Assembly: GCF_001194135.2 (NCBI RefSeq)
Contig: NC_069007.1
Span: 21,570,505 to 21,624,666 of the forward strand
From: Octopus bimaculoides
Lineage: Eukaryota
Direction: 5' to 3'
DNA: 54,162 bases
In this document: in pieces, positions 50,101 through 54,162 of the stretch
Position numbering within the stretch: the first letter of the stretch is position 1
How the letters are laid out: every line of letters begins with the position of its first letter
Notes under the pieces: model-generated
The model's input: only the letters and a program-made list of their open reading frames with translations
The model's database searches: none
Told to the model about the DNA's origin: nothing
Program-made: the position numbers and the translations under genes

Positions 50101-51873
50101 NNNNNNNNNNNNNNNNNNNNNNNNNNNNNNNNNNNNNNCTCACTTCTTTCTCTCTCTTTATTATCTCTCTCTCTCTCGTCTCTCTCTTCTCTCTCTCTCT
50201 TCTTTCCCTCTCTCTCTCTTTATTCTCTCTCTCTCGTCTCTCTCTTCTTTGTCTCTCTCTCTCTCTCTTTCGTGTTTCTTTCTCTCATCTCACTCTTCTT
50301 TCTCTCTCTCTCTCGTCTCTTTTCTCTCTCTCTCTCGTCCCTCTCTTCTTTTTACTCTTTATTCTCTCTCTCTCGTCTCTCTCTTTATTCTCTATCTCGT
50401 CTCTCTCTATCTTCATTCTATTTTTCTCTCTCTCTTTATTCTCTCTCTCTCGTCTCTCTTTATTCTCTCTCGTCTCTCTCTGTCTTTATTCTTTCTCGTC
50501 TCTCACTCTCGTCTCTCCTTTCTCTCACTCTCGTTTCTCTTTCTCTGTCTTTCGTGTTTCTTTCTCTCATCTCACTCTTCTTTCTCTCGTCTCTCTCTTC
50601 TTTTTACTCTTTATTCTCTCTCTCTCGTCTTTCTCTCTCTTTATTATCTCTCTCTCTCTCGTGTTTCTTTCTCTCATCTCACTCTCGTCTCTCTTCTTTC
50701 CCTCTCTCTCTCTCCACATACATACATATATATATATATACTCACCAACCATTCTTGATTCTTTCTCTAACACATTCCTGTCGATGATGTTCATTGCAGA
50801 TAATGTCAACTTTCTGACGGCTGATGGCCTCAAGTTCACTCATCCCTTACATCACCTGGGTAAAAGCACCAATGATTTACCTGTGTTGGCCATCGACAGC
50901 TTCAGGCATATGTACGTCTTCCCACACTCTGTCAAAGAAAACATAGCGTAAGTTATTTCATTTATATTGTGTGATTGTCGACACTAAGACACCTGGCCCT
51001 GTCATATTTTAACCTCTTAGCACAAAGCCACTTGCCTCAGTACTTCTCTACTAGTTGTAGATGCTGGTGAATTTAACAATTATGTTCTCCTCTGAGGCAC
51101 AAATCTGTGAATGGTTAGCACTTACCATGCACACCAACCTCCCCGCCACCGATGTTATCCAACGGAAAGGCAATGGGGCCGATACAGCTTGGCACCAGTG
51201 ATCTCGCCACAACTCATTTCTGCAGCTGAGTGAAATAAAGTGTCTTGTTCAAGCCCAGGAATTGAACTCACAACATCATGGTTGTAGGCCTGATGCTCTG
51301 AGCCATGCGTCTTGGCTCTTTTGGGTACCTTCCAAGCGTTGTTATGATAGGCTACCATCTAACTATTGTTTTAATACCCTCTCAGCATTGTTTTGCTAAT
51401 GTTTGTCTGTTGTTTGTTGCAGAAAATCCAGTTTATTGAAACAGTTCATTGATGATTTACATTCTGGCAAGCTTCATCGTGAATTCCACCATGGGCCAGA
51501 CCCAACTGAACCCCCACAGATTACAGATGATGTAAGTCTCCCTCTCATATCTACATTCTATCACTCCCACACTTCCAAGCTACACACCCTGCCAAATACT
51601 GTTTTTTTTTTTATATTTCCATTTTAACATCCAACCCAAACCAAACGTTAGAATTAGAAGACCTATCCAACCTACTCTCTCTCACATCTCAAATGAAAAT
51701 GTGGAAAATTCATTTTTGTGATTAATTTGTTTTGTTGTTGTTTCTCTTTTCAGATAAAAGTGATGACAAACAATGACCAGGATGCCAAACAGCCCACTAG
51801 TCCGCCAGAGTCGACATTTAAGAAGTTAAAACCATCACGTAACCGTTACACACTTGTGAGAGATGAACTCTAG
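26966..51873 (+). CDS. ERP44: Endoplasmic reticulum resident protein 44 (PDI family); 13 coding exons, 1245 nt, 414 aa
   Basis: join(26966..27019,41496..41565,42092..42131,42906..42975,44361..44406,45424..45608,47162..47277,48041..48098,48446..48562,49686..49797,50800..50947,51423..51531,51754..51873). Hallmarks: [86 protein letters not shown]-terminal RDEL. Confidence 0.96.
32772..33677. other. Assembly gap (N run)
   Basis: Other gaps: 6607-6779, 23884-23979, 28511-28784, 34443-35273, 50039-50138, plus short ones near 1673, 27435 and 48384. Confidence 1.
36585..36752 (-). mobile_element. SINE family C (tRNA-like head, MetaSINE-like core, (ATT)n tail)
   Basis: Minus strand ggcagcgagctggcagaatcgttagcacgccgggcgaaatgcttagcggtatttcg..gagttcaaattccgccgaggtcgactttgcctttcatcctttcggggtcgat. 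Copies at ~2385, 10110-10360, 19230-19500, 22270-22660 (two), 30510, 35380, 37900-38070, 46915-47100. The family name is recalled, not searched. Confidence 0.8.
37694..37905 (-). mobile_element. Tc1-like element end with transposase C-terminus
   Basis: TA-cagagtggcccaaaa terminal repeat; the minus strand encodes [29 protein letters not shown]. Confidence 0.65.
41496..41565 (+). CDS. ERP44: ERp44 exon 2
   Basis: [23 protein letters not shown]; tttcag / gtcagt. Confidence 0.9.
42092..42131 (+). CDS. ERP44: ERp44 exon 3
   Basis: [14 protein letters not shown]; tttcag / gtgagt. Confidence 0.96.
42510..42852 (+). mobile_element. SINE family A, CpG-decayed copy in ERp44 intron 3
   Basis: Colinear with the family consensus from head to ...gactgaaacaaa; many CpG>TpG/CpA changes. 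Confidence 0.9.
42906..42975 (+). CDS. ERP44: ERp44 exon 4 (CRFS active-site motif)
   Basis: [23 protein letters not shown]; tttcag / gtaagt. Confidence 0.96.
44361..44406 (+). CDS. ERP44: ERp44 exon 5
   Basis: [15 protein letters not shown]; ccccag / gtaagt. Confidence 0.95.
45424..45608 (+). CDS. ERP44: ERp44 exon 6
   Basis: [62 protein letters not shown]; atttag / gtaagt. Confidence 0.97.
47162..47277 (+). CDS. ERP44: ERp44 exon 7
   Basis: [39 protein letters not shown]; tctcag / gtaagt. Confidence 0.97.
47369..47590. mobile_element. piggyBac-type MITE (TTAA TSD, CCC..GG ends)
   Basis: TTAA|ccctttagcatt ... aatgctaaatgg|TTAA. Related copies start at ~15305 and ~48919; both are interrupted by younger elements. 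Confidence 0.75.
48041..48098 (+). CDS. ERP44: ERp44 exon 8
   Basis: [19 protein letters not shown]; ttccag / gtaatt. Confidence 0.92.
48446..48562 (+). CDS. ERP44: ERp44 exon 9
   Basis: [39 protein letters not shown]; ctgcag / gtcagt. Confidence 0.97.
48612..48833 (+). mobile_element. Mariner MITE copy in ERp44 intron 9
   Basis: cagggcttagaaaaactgaaggaccactgcaacaagtgtgtgaatctgagaggggcaatatgttgaataa core; 3' TIR ccaggaacttttcatcaccacctcata. Confidence 0.75.
49686..49797 (+). CDS. ERP44: ERp44 exon 10
   Basis: [37 protein letters not shown]; tctcag / gtaaga. Confidence 0.97.
49870..50740 (+). repeat. (CT)n-rich polypyrimidine tract with internal duplications, ERp44 intron 10
   Basis: The unit tcgtgtttctttctctcatctcactct recurs at ~50270, ~50552 and ~50659. 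Contains an N-gap at 50039-50138. Confidence 0.9.
50800..50947 (+). CDS. ERP44: ERp44 exon 11
   Basis: [50 protein letters not shown]; ttgcag / gtaagt. Confidence 0.97.
51423..51531 (+). CDS. ERP44: ERp44 exon 12
   Basis: [36 protein letters not shown]; ttgcag / gtaagt. Confidence 0.97.
51754..51873 (+). CDS. ERP44: ERp44 exon 13 (C-tail, RDEL)
   Basis: [39 protein letters not shown]; tttcag acceptor. Confidence 0.97.
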   Translation: MKVMTNNDQDAKQPTSPPESTFKKLKPSRNRYTLVRDEL

Positions 51874-52045
51874 GAGATGAAACAGCCACCATCAGGCTGA
51901 AACTCTCAAATTTCATTTAGGAATTTTTTTTTTCAGTTTTTTTTTACATCTTCCCCACCCCCTCAACCCACAGTTCTCAAAAAAAAAAGACCTTTTTTTT
52001 TCATTATGAATGTTTTTGTGTATTGTATGTCTCTTATGGATCAGA

Positions 52046-52051
52046 AATAAA
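52046..52051 (+). terminator. Candidate ERp44 polyadenylation signal AATAAA
   Basis: First AATAAA, ~170 nt after the stop and followed by GT-rich sequence. Further AATAAA occur at ~52562 and 52615. Confidence 0.5.
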
Positions 52052-52781
52052 ACCAGATGATTTAATGATTTAAGTGAGTATATGTACGGATGTATGATAC
52101 GTGTGTGTGTGTATGTACATATGTGTGTGCATATATGTTAAAAGTATATGTATATATTTAATGTGTATATATATATACAGACACACACATATATGCACAC
52201 ATATAATGATATATAAATTGGGATATATACATATATATGCATAAATATATTTCTTTTCTGAGTTTGTGTAAATGTGTATAGAATATATCAGTTGAAAAAC
52301 ATGGTTTGGTTTTCACTTTTTTTTACAATGTTGAAGTGTGTGAAACACTAAAAAAATATTTAGTAATGTTTATAAAATTCAATTAACATTTTCCTTCGTT
52401 TGTCAGATAAATACTTTTTGAAATCTAATGATTACTGCAGTTGAGGTCTTCTCTCTGTTAAACACATTTTGAAGTCTGATGATTATTAACGAACATTACT
52501 GAATATTTTTTAATGTTTAACACAGTTCAGCATTGTAAAAATATTTTTTTTTTAATACAGTAATAAAAAAAACATGAAAACAAGACCATGGTTTAACTTT
52601 ATTCAACTGATGCAAATAAATATACATATATGCATTTGCATATACACACATATAAAGACATATGTATGTATGTATATATATATATCTCAATAATAATAGT
52701 GGTTGTTTCTTATAAGGAACAAGAGAGTTAATAGGACTGCTAGAGAAGTGCTCAAGTAAATGAGATGAGTATAACAAATTT

Positions 52782-53849
52782 ACAAACTTTGGTTGTAGAA
52801 CAAACATTTAAGGTCATCCAACTAATATATATCACATCTCAAACATTTAATCAACTATAAAGAAACATAATGCTTTTATACATAGAATACGGATGTATAA
52901 AATCACAGAAGATGAAACATTACTTCATTTGGACAGGCATATAGACAAAAAAAAGGGAGTACAGTCTATCGCAGCTTGCTTACCAACCGCATGGTTCCGG
53001 GTTCAGTCCCACTGTGTGGCACCCTGGGCAAGTGTCTTCTACTATAGCCTCTGGCTGACCAAAGCCTTGTGAGTGCATTTGGTAGACAGAAACTGAAAGA
53101 AGCCCGTCGTATACACATATATGTGTGTCCCAACATTGCTTGACAACCGATGCTGGTGTGTTTACGTCCCCGTAACTTAGCGGTTCGGCAAAAGAGACCG
53201 ATAGAATAAGTACTATGCTTACAAAGAATAAGTCCTGGGGTCGGTTTACTCGACTAAAGGCGGTGCTCCAGCATGGCCGCAGTGAAATGACTGAAACAAG
53301 TAAAAGAATAATACTACAGGGTCTAGAAAAAATTGTTTTAACATTATAAAACCTAAAATAAGATAAATATATAAAAATATACATAAAAATACGTATATAA
53401 GAATCATATAAATACATAAATTATACAAAAATTCACCGATTAAGAATTTTTTTCGATTAAAAGTTACTTTTTAAGGTAAAAAATTCTTAATCAATGAACT
53501 TTTATCTATATTCTATATCCTATGTATTTATATGTTTCTTATATACGTATTTATATATTTATTTATGTATATTTTAGATTTTATAATGCTAAAAAAATTT
53601 TTTGTAGACATTGTAGTATTAATTTTAAAACATTTTTTTCTATACGCAATAGACTGTACTCCCTTTTTTTTGTCTATATGCCTGTCCAAATGAAGTAATG
53701 TTTCATCTTCTGTGATTTTGTACATCCGTATTCTATGTATAAGAAAAAAGCAAGCATTATGTTTCTTTATATGAGATTAAATGTTCGAGATGTGATATAT
53801 ATATTAGTTGGATGACCTTAAATTTGTTTGTTCTACAACCAAAGTTTGT
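52782..53849. repeat. ~1.07 kb imperfect palindrome (foldback element) centred near 53465
   Basis: 52782-52971 is the reverse complement of ~53645-53849, and 53306-53460 is the reverse complement of ~53470-53615. A SINE interrupts the left arm only. Confidence 0.9.
52972..53305 (+). mobile_element. SINE family A, 5'-truncated, inserted in the left arm of a palindrome
   Basis: Starts at agcttgcttaccaacc and ends at gactgaaacaagtaaaag; CpGs largely intact. Confidence 0.9.
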
Positions 53850-54162
53850 TTATATATATATAAACATATATATATATACACACACATGTATATACACACA
53901 TATATATATATGCACACACATATATATACACACATATATATATACACAAATATATATATATACATATATATATATACACACATATATACATACATATATA
54001 TATACACACATGCAATCATATGCACATCCACCCACAAACATGTACATTCCCCCTCCCCTCAAATAAAAAAAATTGAGACCAAGAACTTTTCTCTTATTTA
54101 ACATTCTTTCCCTTGCTTCTCTCCCTCCCCCTCTCTCTCTCTACACACACACACACACAAAT

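Noticed and set aside
141-54104. Most ORFs in the supplied six-frame track ([20 protein letters not shown] peptides)
   Set aside because: They are translations of microsatellites or low-complexity tracts and SINEs with no protein signal.
1-54162. CRISPR arrays, rRNA, operons, prokaryotic defence systems
   Set aside because: No repeat-spacer arrays or rRNA-like sequence. The window is spliceosomal-intron-containing animal DNA.

Overview
Eukaryotic, AT-rich genomic DNA dense in microsatellites and SINEs, with assembly gaps. The (TA)n/(CAT)n/(GATA)n load, tRNA-derived SINEs, RTE-LINE debris and mariner debris point to a coleoid cephalopod, probably Octopus (inference). Two intact multi-exon genes were rebuilt by hand and are arranged head-to-head. 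BBS9/PTHB1 (BBSome core subunit) lies on the minus strand: 21 coding exons, 20433->4501, 865 aa. ERp44 (PDI-family ER protein with CRFS motif and C-terminal RDEL) lies on the plus strand: 13 coding exons, 26966->51873, 414 aa; its exon 1 is the least certain. All modelled introns are GT-AG and in phase. The supplied ORF track is almost all microsatellite or N-gap artefact. I found no CRISPR array or prokaryote-type system and cannot support a wholly new biological system. The best leads are: an RFX X-box at the BBS9 promoter, an orphan third promoter-like block between the genes, a regional CpG-decay pattern readable from SINE copies, a ~1.07 kb foldback palindrome interrupted by a SINE, inverted SINE pairs that could be ADAR substrates, and alternative BBS9 C-termini.
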